DNA of 60,798 nt from Alphaproteobacteria bacterium. Its GTDB lineage: Bacteria; Pseudomonadota; Alphaproteobacteria; MED-G09. Below the pieces are notes generated by a model. That model ran no database searches, was not told the DNA's origin, and was given only the letters and a program-made list of their open reading frames with translations. The DNA lies in NCBI GenBank assembly GCA_045565415.1, contig JBJLFK010000001.1:1-60798 (forward strand), written 5' to 3'. A program made the translations under genes and the position numbers. Of this stretch, positions 10,832 to 19,028 are shown one piece after another (position 1 is the first letter of the stretch; each line of letters starts with the position of its first letter).

Positions 10832-11033
10832 TTGAAACTGCGTGCTTATAGACTAACTGGATATTATTTGAACCTTTTAATGTTAGAGTATTAGCATCGG
10901 AAGAACTGATGGTGCCTTCAAGTTTGATACCGCTAATTAGAAAAATTGTAACCAACTTATTATGAGATATTAAATCCTTGATGAAGCTTTCTTCATCTAA
11001 TTCTGTCATGTGTTCTTTAGTAGTGTCCAACAT
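10815..11033 (-). CDS. hfq: Hfq/Sm-fold protein, divergent
   Basis: 72 aa; VTIFLISGIKLEG (Sm1) and QLVYKHAVSTILP (Sm2); canonical position after trkA; start may be 11009. Confidence 0.88.
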   Translation of the reverse strand: MLDTTKEHMTELDEESFIKDLISHNKLVTIFLISGIKLEGTISSSDANTLTLKGSNNIQLVYKHAVSTILPV

Positions 11034-11106
11034 AAATAATATATACCTTGAGCTAATATTTTTATAAAATTAATAATATAAATTAAAATTATTTATATCT
11101 TAAATA

Positions 11107-12483
11107 TTAATAATAACTGGCACTTACTCTAAATAACTGTTCAACTTCGTGAATTTTCTCAGGAATAGAAAAAATTGTCACATAATCACCTTCTTTTATT
11201 TTTGTGTCACCTCTTGGCATAATTATTTTTTTATCTCTTAAAATTCCGCCAATTCTTAAACCATTTTCCAAATGAAGCTCCTCTATTGTAGGGCCAACTA
11301 ATTCGGATGATGATGAAACCTCACCTTCAATTACCTCTGCGGACCCATCTGATAAAGTATATATATTTCTGATATGCCCCCTTCTAACATGCCTTAAAAT
11401 AGACGATACAGTTATAGCTTTAGGATCTAAAAAATCACCTATATCTACTGATCTTATAAGACCTTGAAAATCCTTATTATTTAGAAGTGCTATAACCCTA
11501 TTACAGCCATCACTTTTTGCAAATGCAGCAGAAATAAAGTTGGTTTCATCGCTGTTTGTTAAGCTTATTAAAATGTCTGCATTCGATATTTCAGCTTCAT
11601 TTAAAATATCTTTATCCATTCCCGACCCAAGTATAACAAAGCTTTTATTAAATTTATCTGATAGATCTTCTGCAATTTTTTTATCTTGTTCAATTATACG
11701 AAGAGATATGTTATCAATTTTATTTTCTATTAATTTTCCAACTTCTTTACCAATTGAACCACCGCCAACTAAAACTATCCTTCTTGCTTGTTCAACTTTA
11801 TAACCAAAAATTGATAGAGTCCTAGCAGCAAAATCACTTGGACAAATTAGATATGCTAGATCATTTTCCAATAATTTATCGTTAAATTTTGGAGTAATTA
11901 TATAGTCATTTCTTCTTAGGCCAACTATGACTGTATTTAAGTCAGGAAATAATTCAGTTAATGAACCTATCTCAGTATTTTTTATTGGACAATCCTCATT
12001 TATCTTTACACCTAAAAATCTTAAATTATTATCTCCAAATGGAACATTTTCAAAGGCTCCTGGTAACTCAAATCTTCTAAAAACCGATTTAGCAACTTCT
12101 TTTTCAGGAGATATTATTATATTCACTGGTAAATTAGAGCTTGTAAATAAATCTTGATAAGAAGGATTCAAATAAGACTTATCCCTTACTCTTGCTATTC
12201 TTTTAGGAACCTCAAATAGAGAATGTGCAACTTGACAAGCCATCATATTTATTTCATCAGAAGGAGTTACTGAAATTAACATTTCAGCTTCTGAAGCTCC
12301 AGCTTCACCTAAAATATCTGGATGAGCCCCATGACCTACAATTCCTCTAATATCAAGTTTGTTACCAAGCTTTTCAATTAATCTTTTTGAAGAGTCAATA
12401 ATAGTTACTTCATTGCCAATTTGAGATAATTTTTCAGCAATAGCCCTTCCACTTAACCCAGCACCACAAATAATGATCTTCAT
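11107..12483 (-). CDS. trkA: Trk potassium uptake regulatory subunit TrkA
   Basis: 458 aa; two RCK-N Rossmann motifs (IIICGAGLSG, VLVGGGSIG), DEINMMACQVAHSLF. Confidence 0.93.
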   Translation of the reverse strand: MKIIICGAGLSGRAIAEKLSQIGNEVTIIDSSKRLIEKLGNKLDIRGIVGHGAHPDILGEAGASEAEMLISVTPSDEINMMACQVAHSLFEVPKRIARVRDKSYLNPSYQDLFTSSNLPVNIIISPEKEVAKSVFRRFELPGAFENVPFGDNNLRFLGVKINEDCPIKNTEIGSLTELFPDLNTVIVGLRRNDYIITPKFNDKLLENDLAYLICPSDFAARTLSIFGYKVEQARRIVLVGGGSIGKEVGKLIENKIDNISLRIIEQDKKIAEDLSDKFNKSFVILGSGMDKDILNEAEISNADILISLTNSDETNFISAAFAKSDGCNRVIALLNNKDFQGLIRSVDIGDFLDPKAITVSSILRHVRRGHIRNIYTLSDGSAEVIEGEVSSSSELVGPTIEELHLENGLRIGGILRDKKIIMPRGDTKIKEGDYVTIFSIPEKIHEVEQLFRVSASYY

Positions 12484-12505
12484 TTATTTTCCAATTATGT
12501 GTTTA

Positions 12506-12721
12506 TTATTTACTAATTAAACTTTGCAATTTTTTCTTAGGCCCAATATTTAGATCATTTAACTTTCTATGCAATGCTGATCTATCCATACCTATAAATT
12601 TAGCTGTTTTACTTATATTTCCATTAAAATTATTAATTTGAGCTGTTAAATATTTTTTTTCAAAATCAGCTCTTGCAGATCTTAAATCCATTTCTAAATC
12701 TATAACAAGGAATTTATCCAA
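12506..12721 (-). CDS. Stand-alone Fis-type HTH protein corresponding to the NtrX C-terminal DNA-binding domain
   Basis: 71 aa; [42 protein letters not shown] matches the NtrX C-terminus; TTG start preceded by AAGGAGAGG; in-frame stops upstream; lies where ntrX normally precedes trkA. Confidence 0.8.
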   Translation of the reverse strand: MDKFLVIDLEMDLRSARADFEKKYLTAQINNFNGNISKTAKFIGMDRSALHRKLNDLNIGPKKKLQSLISK

Positions 12722-12786
12722 AATACCTCTCCTTAAGAATATGTTGCTTCAATACAACAAAAATTAATAGTTGTCACTAATTTCAT

Positions 12787-14319
12787 TTATGAATCAATTT
12801 TAGGAAAAATAATTTGAGGTTCCTTAATCTCCAATCCTGATTTAAGAGCAAAACTAGGGTTTAAGTTATTAAAAGATCTTTCTTTTGAATCAACATTAAG
12901 AAAATCTAAAAGCTTATTAGAGCCTTCAACAATAACGGGTTGTAATAATATTGAAGTAACGCGAAGTATCTCACAAGTAACCCATAAAACAGTATGCATT
13001 CTATCGGTATTATCTTTCTCAAGTTCCCACGGTTTTTGATTGCTAAAATATTTATTTGTTGAGGAAATAATATCAAAAATAGAACTTAAATAAGCATGAA
13101 TCTGATAATCATCCATACTTTTAAGAGATTTTTGGTACAGGCTATATGCATTATCCAATAAAGATAAATCAATGTTATTAAGATCACCTTTATTAGGTAT
13201 TTTTGCATTGCATTTTGAAAATATCATCTTAAGGCATCTTTGAGACAAGTTCCCTAAATCATTTGATAGCAATGCATTGGAATGATTCGTGATAAGTTCA
13301 TGACTATAATTACCATCATTACCAAATGGTGTAGCTGAAAGTAGGTAAAATCTTAATTGATCAACCCCATATAGATCTAATAATTCGATAGGATCAACAG
13401 TATTTCCAACACTTTTAGATATTTTCTCACCCTTATTAAGAAGAAAACCATGAGAAAAAATCATTTTAGGAACTTCAAGCCCAGCTGAAAAAAGAAATGC
13501 AGGCCAATATACTGCATGAAATCTAGTAATGTCTTTTCCAATAAGGTGAATATCAGCAGGCCAATATCTATCAAAAGGTTTACTTCCTTCACACCAATCA
13601 AGCGCAGAAATATAATTAGTTAACGCATCAAGCCATACATAAATGGAGTGTTCATTATTCTCTTCAACTGGAATTCCCCAAGAAATATTTTTTCTTGAAA
13701 TAGAAATATCCTTAAGACCGGATTGAACAAAATTTTTTATTTCATTCATTCTCGAATTTGGAAGTATAAAACTCTTATTTCTTTCATAAAGATCTAATAA
13801 TTGTTTTTCATATTTGGATAATTTAAAAAAATAACTCTCTTCATCAATCCACTCAACAGGATTACCATTAGGTGACAAATATGAATCATTATCAGACTTT
13901 AGCAATTCTTCTTCGTTATAAAATGCCTCATCCCTTATTGAATACCATCCAGAATATTGATCGAGATAAATATCCCCTTTATCAGAAAGATTCTTCCAAA
14001 TTGAATGGACATTTTTTTTATGTCTATCATCAGTTGTTCTTATAAAATCATTATTTGAACAATTTAAAGATTTAGCTAATTCAATAAATTCTTTTGATAC
14101 TTTATCAACATAGTCTTTAGGGTTAATACCTAATTCTTTTGCCTTTTGTTGAACCTTTAGACCATGTTCATCGGTTCCAGTTAAAAAGAAGACATCATAA
14201 CCATCCAATCTTTTAAACCTTGCAATTGCATCAGCGGCTATTACCTCATAAGCATGACCTATGTGAGGAGAGCCATTAGTATAAGATATTGCAGTGCTAA
14301 TATAGAATGAATCAGTCAT
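12787..14319 (-). CDS. metG: Methionyl-tRNA synthetase (short form)
   Basis: YTNGSPHIGHAY (HIGH), TGTDEHG, YVWLDAL, KISKS. Confidence 0.96.
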   Translation of the reverse strand: MTDSFYISTAISYTNGSPHIGHAYEVIAADAIARFKRLDGYDVFFLTGTDEHGLKVQQKAKELGINPKDYVDKVSKEFIELAKSLNCSNNDFIRTTDDRHKKNVHSIWKNLSDKGDIYLDQYSGWYSIRDEAFYNEEELLKSDNDSYLSPNGNPVEWIDEESYFFKLSKYEKQLLDLYERNKSFILPNSRMNEIKNFVQSGLKDISISRKNISWGIPVEENNEHSIYVWLDALTNYISALDWCEGSKPFDRYWPADIHLIGKDITRFHAVYWPAFLFSAGLEVPKMIFSHGFLLNKGEKISKSVGNTVDPIELLDLYGVDQLRFYLLSATPFGNDGNYSHELITNHSNALLSNDLGNLSQRCLKMIFSKCNAKIPNKGDLNNIDLSLLDNAYSLYQKSLKSMDDYQIHAYLSSIFDIISSTNKYFSNQKPWELEKDNTDRMHTVLWVTCEILRVTSILLQPVIVEGSNKLLDFLNVDSKERSFNNLNPSFALKSGLEIKEPQIIFPKIDS

Positions 14320-14328
14320 CAGTCTTTC

Positions 14329-15300
14329 TCAAATATATAGTGATTTCTTAATTAATAAAATTAAGTCTAAAATAATATGATTATTTAAATTATTATATTT
14401 TTTACCATCATAATAAATTTTTTGAATCTTTTCTCTAATATAAAAAAATTTATCTATTTTTTTATTTTCGTAGTTATGCTCTTTGAGAGCAAATTCTTTA
14501 ATTAATTTATCGATCTTTATAATTGATAACTCAAAAAACAAATCTAATTTATTTGACCTTCTAAGGAAACTCTCCAATTCATATAAATCTTCATCAGAGT
14601 ATTCAGCAAATAGTTTTCTTATCTTTAAATTTATTTCTTGTGAATCTTCCTTTATTAACTCTAAAGCTCTTCCAAAACTGCCATTAGATAAATCTATTAT
14701 TTCGTTTAGATCATATACTTCATCAATTGAAATTTTTGTTTTAAGAAAACTTTCGATTTCATCATTCGAAAATTTTTTAAATTGAAGATTTAGACACCTT
14801 GATTTTATTGTTGGAATTATTGAATCTCTATTATGAGAAATAATAAAAAAAAGACTATTTTGTGGAGGTTCCTCAAGTATTTTTAGAAGTGCATTTGTAG
14901 AATTTATGTTCATTTCATCAAGAGAGTCTATAATGCAAATCTTATAGCCCCCCAATAATGGAGTATGATTAAAAAAATTGATACAATCTCTTACTTGATC
15001 GATCTCTATTAATGATTTTTCATTTTCGATATCTTTTTTAAGAACTATAAAATCCGGATGGCTGTCACTTTCAATTAACTTAGAAACTTTTTCAGAATTA
15101 TCTACATTCATATTTTTCTTTAAAGTATCTAACAGAATGTATTTTGCGCACCTATAAGCAAAAGTTGCTTTGCCTAGACCTTTTATTCCGCTTAGAAGAT
15201 AAGCATGATGTAATTTATTGGCATTTATTGAATTAAGCATAAATTCTTCAATATTATTATTTCCAATAAAATTAGATGTTTCTTTTACGGGGTTATCCAA
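14329..15300 (-). CDS. holB: DNA polymerase III delta-prime subunit
   Basis: LHHAYLLSGIKGLGKAT, HPDF, NALLKILEEPP, TIKSRC; between tmk and metG. Confidence 0.9.
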   Translation of the reverse strand: MDNPVKETSNFIGNNNIEEFMLNSINANKLHHAYLLSGIKGLGKATFAYRCAKYILLDTLKKNMNVDNSEKVSKLIESDSHPDFIVLKKDIENEKSLIEIDQVRDCINFFNHTPLLGGYKICIIDSLDEMNINSTNALLKILEEPPQNSLFFIISHNRDSIIPTIKSRCLNLQFKKFSNDEIESFLKTKISIDEVYDLNEIIDLSNGSFGRALELIKEDSQEINLKIRKLFAEYSDEDLYELESFLRRSNKLDLFFELSIIKIDKLIKEFALKEHNYENKKIDKFFYIREKIQKIYYDGKKYNNLNNHIILDLILLIKKSLYI

Positions 15301-15305
15301 TTTAG

Positions 15306-15944
15306 TTATTCCTCTTGTTTATCAGTTATAAGATTATCAATTACAGTTATAATTAAATTATTAATTTCTTGTTCATTAAGTGAAGCATCAATAACAACAC
15401 AACGATTTTTATTTTTTTTGGCTATTTCCAAAAATGCACTCCTAATTTTATTATGAAAATCAATATTATAACTTTCAAATCTATTCTCTTGATTAGATCT
15501 ATCAAGAGATCTTTTAAGTCCTACTTTAGGATCAATATCTAAGACAAAAGTTACATCAGGTTCAATGTCTCCAATTATTATTTTTTTTAATTTCTCCATC
15601 TTATCAATACCTAAATTATGGGCTACTCCTTGATAAGCGTAAGTTGAGTCATAAAATCTATCACAAATTACATTCTTTCCTGAATTAAGAGCGGGTTCAA
15701 TGACTTGAATTAAATGCTCATATCTTGAGGCCCACATTAATAAAGCTTCAGACATAGGAGTCCATTTTTCTACCTCTCCAGTAGTAAGTAAATCTCTTAG
15801 AATTTCAGCAGAAGGAGTTCCTCCAGGTTCTCGCGTTTTAATTGTTTCAAAATTTAAATTGTCTAAATAGTCTTTTAATAAATTAACTTGAGTTGATTTA
15901 CCTGAGCCATCCCCTCCCTCAAAAGTTATAAATAAATTATTCAT
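15306..15944 (-). CDS. tmk: Thymidylate kinase
   Basis: Start reassigned to ATG 15944; FITFEGGDGSGKST, TREPGGT, CDRFYDSTYAYQG. Confidence 0.96.
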   Translation of the reverse strand: MNNLFITFEGGDGSGKSTQVNLLKDYLDNLNFETIKTREPGGTPSAEILRDLLTTGEVEKWTPMSEALLMWASRYEHLIQVIEPALNSGKNVICDRFYDSTYAYQGVAHNLGIDKMEKLKKIIIGDIEPDVTFVLDIDPKVGLKRSLDRSNQENRFESYNIDFHNKIRSAFLEIAKKNKNRCVVIDASLNEQEINNLIITVIDNLITDKQEE

Positions 15945-17067
15945 CTTTATACAAAAAATAATCAAAAGATTTTATAAAACCAGAAAAAAAATTAACTTTA
16001 TTAATATTTTCTCCAGCAAGTAAATTTATTTCAATATTCTTTCTTCCCGGGATAATAATCTCAATAGAACCGACAATATCACCTTTGGTTATAGGAGCAT
16101 ATAAAGGTTCAGAATATTTATATTCAACTCTAATGCCTCTTCTTCCAGGTATATCAAGGAATAAATCTAAGTCATTAGCTACAATTAATGGTAAATTATC
16201 TGTTTTTCCCTTCCAAACTTTTGCATAGTCAATTATTTGGTTATATTTAAAGATAGAATAGCCTTTAAATCCTCTATATCCGTAATTAATTAATCTAGTT
16301 ATTTCAGTAGTTCTTTCATCAACATTATCTAAACCTATAACTACGCCAATTAACCTTCTATCATTTTTTTTTGAAGACACAATGATGCCAAAACCTGACT
16401 CACTTGTATAACCAGTTTTTAGTCCATCAACCCCAAGATCAAATTTTAATATATTATTTCTGTTATATTGAGTGATATTATTCCATGTAAAAGATCTATC
16501 AGCGAAAAAACTATAATATTCCGGAAAATCAGTAATAATAAATTTAGCAAGCCTTACTAGATCTTCTGCTGTAGTGTAATGATCAATATCATGAAGCCCG
16601 GATGAATTTTTAAAATTAGAATCATTCAAACCCATTTCCAAGGCGTAATAATTCATCTGCTGAGCAAAGCTTTCTTCCGAACCAGAAAGCGCCTCTGCAA
16701 CTATAACGCAAGCATCATTACCTGAAGATACAACAATTCCTTTTATTAAATTCTCAACAGATATTTCTGTTTCTAGCTCTGCATAAATTGTAGAGCCTTC
16801 TTTTTGGTATGCATTTCTGGATACAGAGAATTTATCTTCCAATGAGACTATACCTTTATCTAATGAGTCAAATAAGATGTATAATGTCATTAATTTTGAC
16901 ATTGATGCAGGGTAAATTTTTTTATCTTCATGTTTTGAAAATAGAACTTGATTTGTATCAAAATCCATCAAAAGCACATTTTTTGCTGAAGTGTCAAACG
17001 AGAGTAAAGTCTGACAATTAAAAGCAAACAATAAAAATATTAAAGATAAATTTAGTTTAGTTTTCAT
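15937..17067 (-). CDS. dacA: D-alanyl-D-alanine carboxypeptidase (PBP5/6 family)
   Basis: SxxK (PASMSKLM), SxN (SGNDA), KTG motifs; signal peptide. Confidence 0.92.
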   Translation of the reverse strand: MKTKLNLSLIFLLFAFNCQTLLSFDTSAKNVLLMDFDTNQVLFSKHEDKKIYPASMSKLMTLYILFDSLDKGIVSLEDKFSVSRNAYQKEGSTIYAELETEISVENLIKGIVVSSGNDACVIVAEALSGSEESFAQQMNYYALEMGLNDSNFKNSSGLHDIDHYTTAEDLVRLAKFIITDFPEYYSFFADRSFTWNNITQYNRNNILKFDLGVDGLKTGYTSESGFGIIVSSKKNDRRLIGVVIGLDNVDERTTEITRLINYGYRGFKGYSIFKYNQIIDYAKVWKGKTDNLPLIVANDLDLFLDIPGRRGIRVEYKYSEPLYAPITKGDIVGSIEIIIPGRKNIEINLLAGENINKVNFFSGFIKSFDYFLYKDE

Positions 17068-17845
17068 TTTTCACTATTTTAGCATCCTTAATGCCAATAA
17101 AATTAATGGTCTCTTGAAGCTTAATAACATATTCCTTTCGATAATAAGGTCCAATAGACAATTTATAAAAGCGATTATTATTTATTTCTTTTTTCTCAAT
17201 ATTTAGTTTAGTAAAACTTTTTAAACTTTGTTTAAGTTTATTCACATTTTCAATATCGGTGAAGCTTCCAATAGCTAATGAATATGTTTCTTTTTTATTT
17301 GAATATTTGTTTACATTAGATTGATTAATATATCTCTTTTTCGAAATTACATTTCCAGATTGATCATAAATATTAGCCATAGCAAAATATTGCACCCTTA
17401 CTCTTTGTGTACCTTTTTCTTTAAAGCCTAACAACTCAGCAGCCTTCATCGATAAATCAATAATCCTTTCTTTTGCAAATGGACCACGATCATTAACCCT
17501 CATTATCAATGATTTATTGTTATCCAGGTTTGTAACTTTAACTTGAGATGGTAAAGGCAGAGTTTTATGAGCAGCACTAACTTTATACATATTAAAAGTC
17601 TCTCCATTAGCGGTGGGTTTTCCATGGAATTTTTTTCCATACCAAGATGCTATCCCTATTTCATCGTATGCATTTTCTTCTTTTGGATAATAGACCTTAT
17701 TATCAATCAAGTAAGGATCGCCAATTTTGTAAATCCCTCCATAGAATGGATTATTGTTGCTTTTATATTTTTGATTAGAATTATTTGATGTACAACTAAC
17801 TAATATAAAAATTAGAGCAAATGTTATGAATCTGAAAAAAAACAT
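17057..17845 (-). CDS. rlpA: Septal ring lytic transglycosylase RlpA (lipoprotein, SPOR domain)
   Basis: Lipobox LVSC; GIASWYG, AAHKTLPLPS, RVNDRGPF, RIIDLS. Confidence 0.93.
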   Translation of the reverse strand: MFFFRFITFALIFILVSCTSNNSNQKYKSNNNPFYGGIYKIGDPYLIDNKVYYPKEENAYDEIGIASWYGKKFHGKPTANGETFNMYKVSAAHKTLPLPSQVKVTNLDNNKSLIMRVNDRGPFAKERIIDLSMKAAELLGFKEKGTQRVRVQYFAMANIYDQSGNVISKKRYINQSNVNKYSNKKETYSLAIGSFTDIENVNKLKQSLKSFTKLNIEKKEINNNRFYKLSIGPYYRKEYVIKLQETINFIGIKDAKIVKNEN

Positions 17846-17901
17846 ATATTTAGAATTATTATCAGGATTCGTTATTTAAAATATTGAGATATTTGAAAGT
17901 T

Positions 17902-18912
17902 ATGCAATTTAAACAAATAAAAATTCCTACAAACAATATAAATATTAATACTGTGATTGAAGGCTCTGGTACGCCTTTATTTTTTATTCACGGTTGGCCT
18001 GAAAGTTTTTATAGCTGGAGACATCAAATAAAATTTTTTTCTAAGATTGGATACAAAGTTATTGTTCCCGATGTACGTGGGTATGGTAGTTCTGATAAGC
18101 CAGAAAATATATCTGATTATTCTATGAAGAAAATAACAACTGATTTAATTGGAATACTCGACTATCTGGGTGAAAATAAAGCACACATAGTTGGACATGA
18201 TTGGGGGGCGCCAATCTCATGGTATACAAGCTTATTATATCCTGAAAGAATTTTATCAGTTTCTGGACTTTCAGTTCCACACTCATTCCTTGGTAGTGAC
18301 ATTAAACCAACAGAAATGCTTAAAGAGATATATAAAAAGAATTTCTTTTACATATTGTATTTTCAAGAAGAGGGCATTGCTGAAAAGGAGTTTGAAAAGA
18401 ATATGAAAAACTCTCTAAGGCTAATTTTTTCAAATTCAGATTATCAGGGAATGCTAAAAAATATCGAAACAATGATTAATCATAAAAAGTTCAAAGGAGA
18501 AGGTTTTTTAGATGGAATGAAAAAATTTGAAACTTTACCAAAGTGGTTGAAGGAAAATGATTTAATATTTTATACCGATCAATTTTTAAGAAGCGGCATG
18601 CGAGGCCCATTAAATAGATATAGATGTATAGATTTAGATTGGGTAGAATTAAATCACCTTTCAAATGAAAAAATTTCTAGACCTTCTTGTTTTATTACTG
18701 GTGATCTCGATCCAGTAAACTTTATGTTATTAAACGGCTTAAAATCGTCAGAACAAGATAAGTCCGATGACGAGCTATTTAAGGATCACATCAATAAAAA
18801 TTATTCTGATTTAAGAGAATTACAAATAATTAAAGAATGTGGTCATTGGACCCAACAAGAAAAACCTAATGAGGTAAACAAGATTTTGATGGACTTTTTA
18901 GATAAAATATAA
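17902..18912 (+). CDS. Alpha/beta-fold epoxide hydrolase (EphA/B-like)
   Basis: HGWPE oxyanion motif, GYGSSD, nucleophile GHDWGA, lid tyrosines (FFYILYF, LNRYR), GHWTQQE; ATG 17902 preferred to TTG 17884. Confidence 0.85.
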   Translation: MQFKQIKIPTNNININTVIEGSGTPLFFIHGWPESFYSWRHQIKFFSKIGYKVIVPDVRGYGSSDKPENISDYSMKKITTDLIGILDYLGENKAHIVGHDWGAPISWYTSLLYPERILSVSGLSVPHSFLGSDIKPTEMLKEIYKKNFFYILYFQEEGIAEKEFEKNMKNSLRLIFSNSDYQGMLKNIETMINHKKFKGEGFLDGMKKFETLPKWLKENDLIFYTDQFLRSGMRGPLNRYRCIDLDWVELNHLSNEKISRPSCFITGDLDPVNFMLLNGLKSSEQDKSDDELFKDHINKNYSDLRELQIIKECGHWTQQEKPNEVNKILMDFLDKI

Positions 18913-18931
18913 TCATTAATTAAATACCTGC

Positions 18932-19021
18932 GGAGGGGTGGCCGAGTGGTTGAAGGCACTGGTCTTGAAAACCAGCAGGCGGGCAACCGTCTCGGGGGTT
19001 CGAATCCCTCCCCCTCCGCCA
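18932..19021 (+). tRNA. tRNA-Ser (anticodon TGA), class II with long variable arm, CCA encoded
   Basis: GGAGGGG/CCCCTCC acceptor stem, D-loop GAGTGG, anticodon stem CTGGT/ACCAG with loop CTTGAAA (TGA 18966-18968), GGTTCGAATCC, 3' GCCA. Confidence 0.97.
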
Positions 19022-19028
19022 TAATAAA

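Noticed and set aside
13405-13430. MetRS KISKS instead of KMSKS
   Set aside because: Conservative variant; the catalytic second Lys is retained
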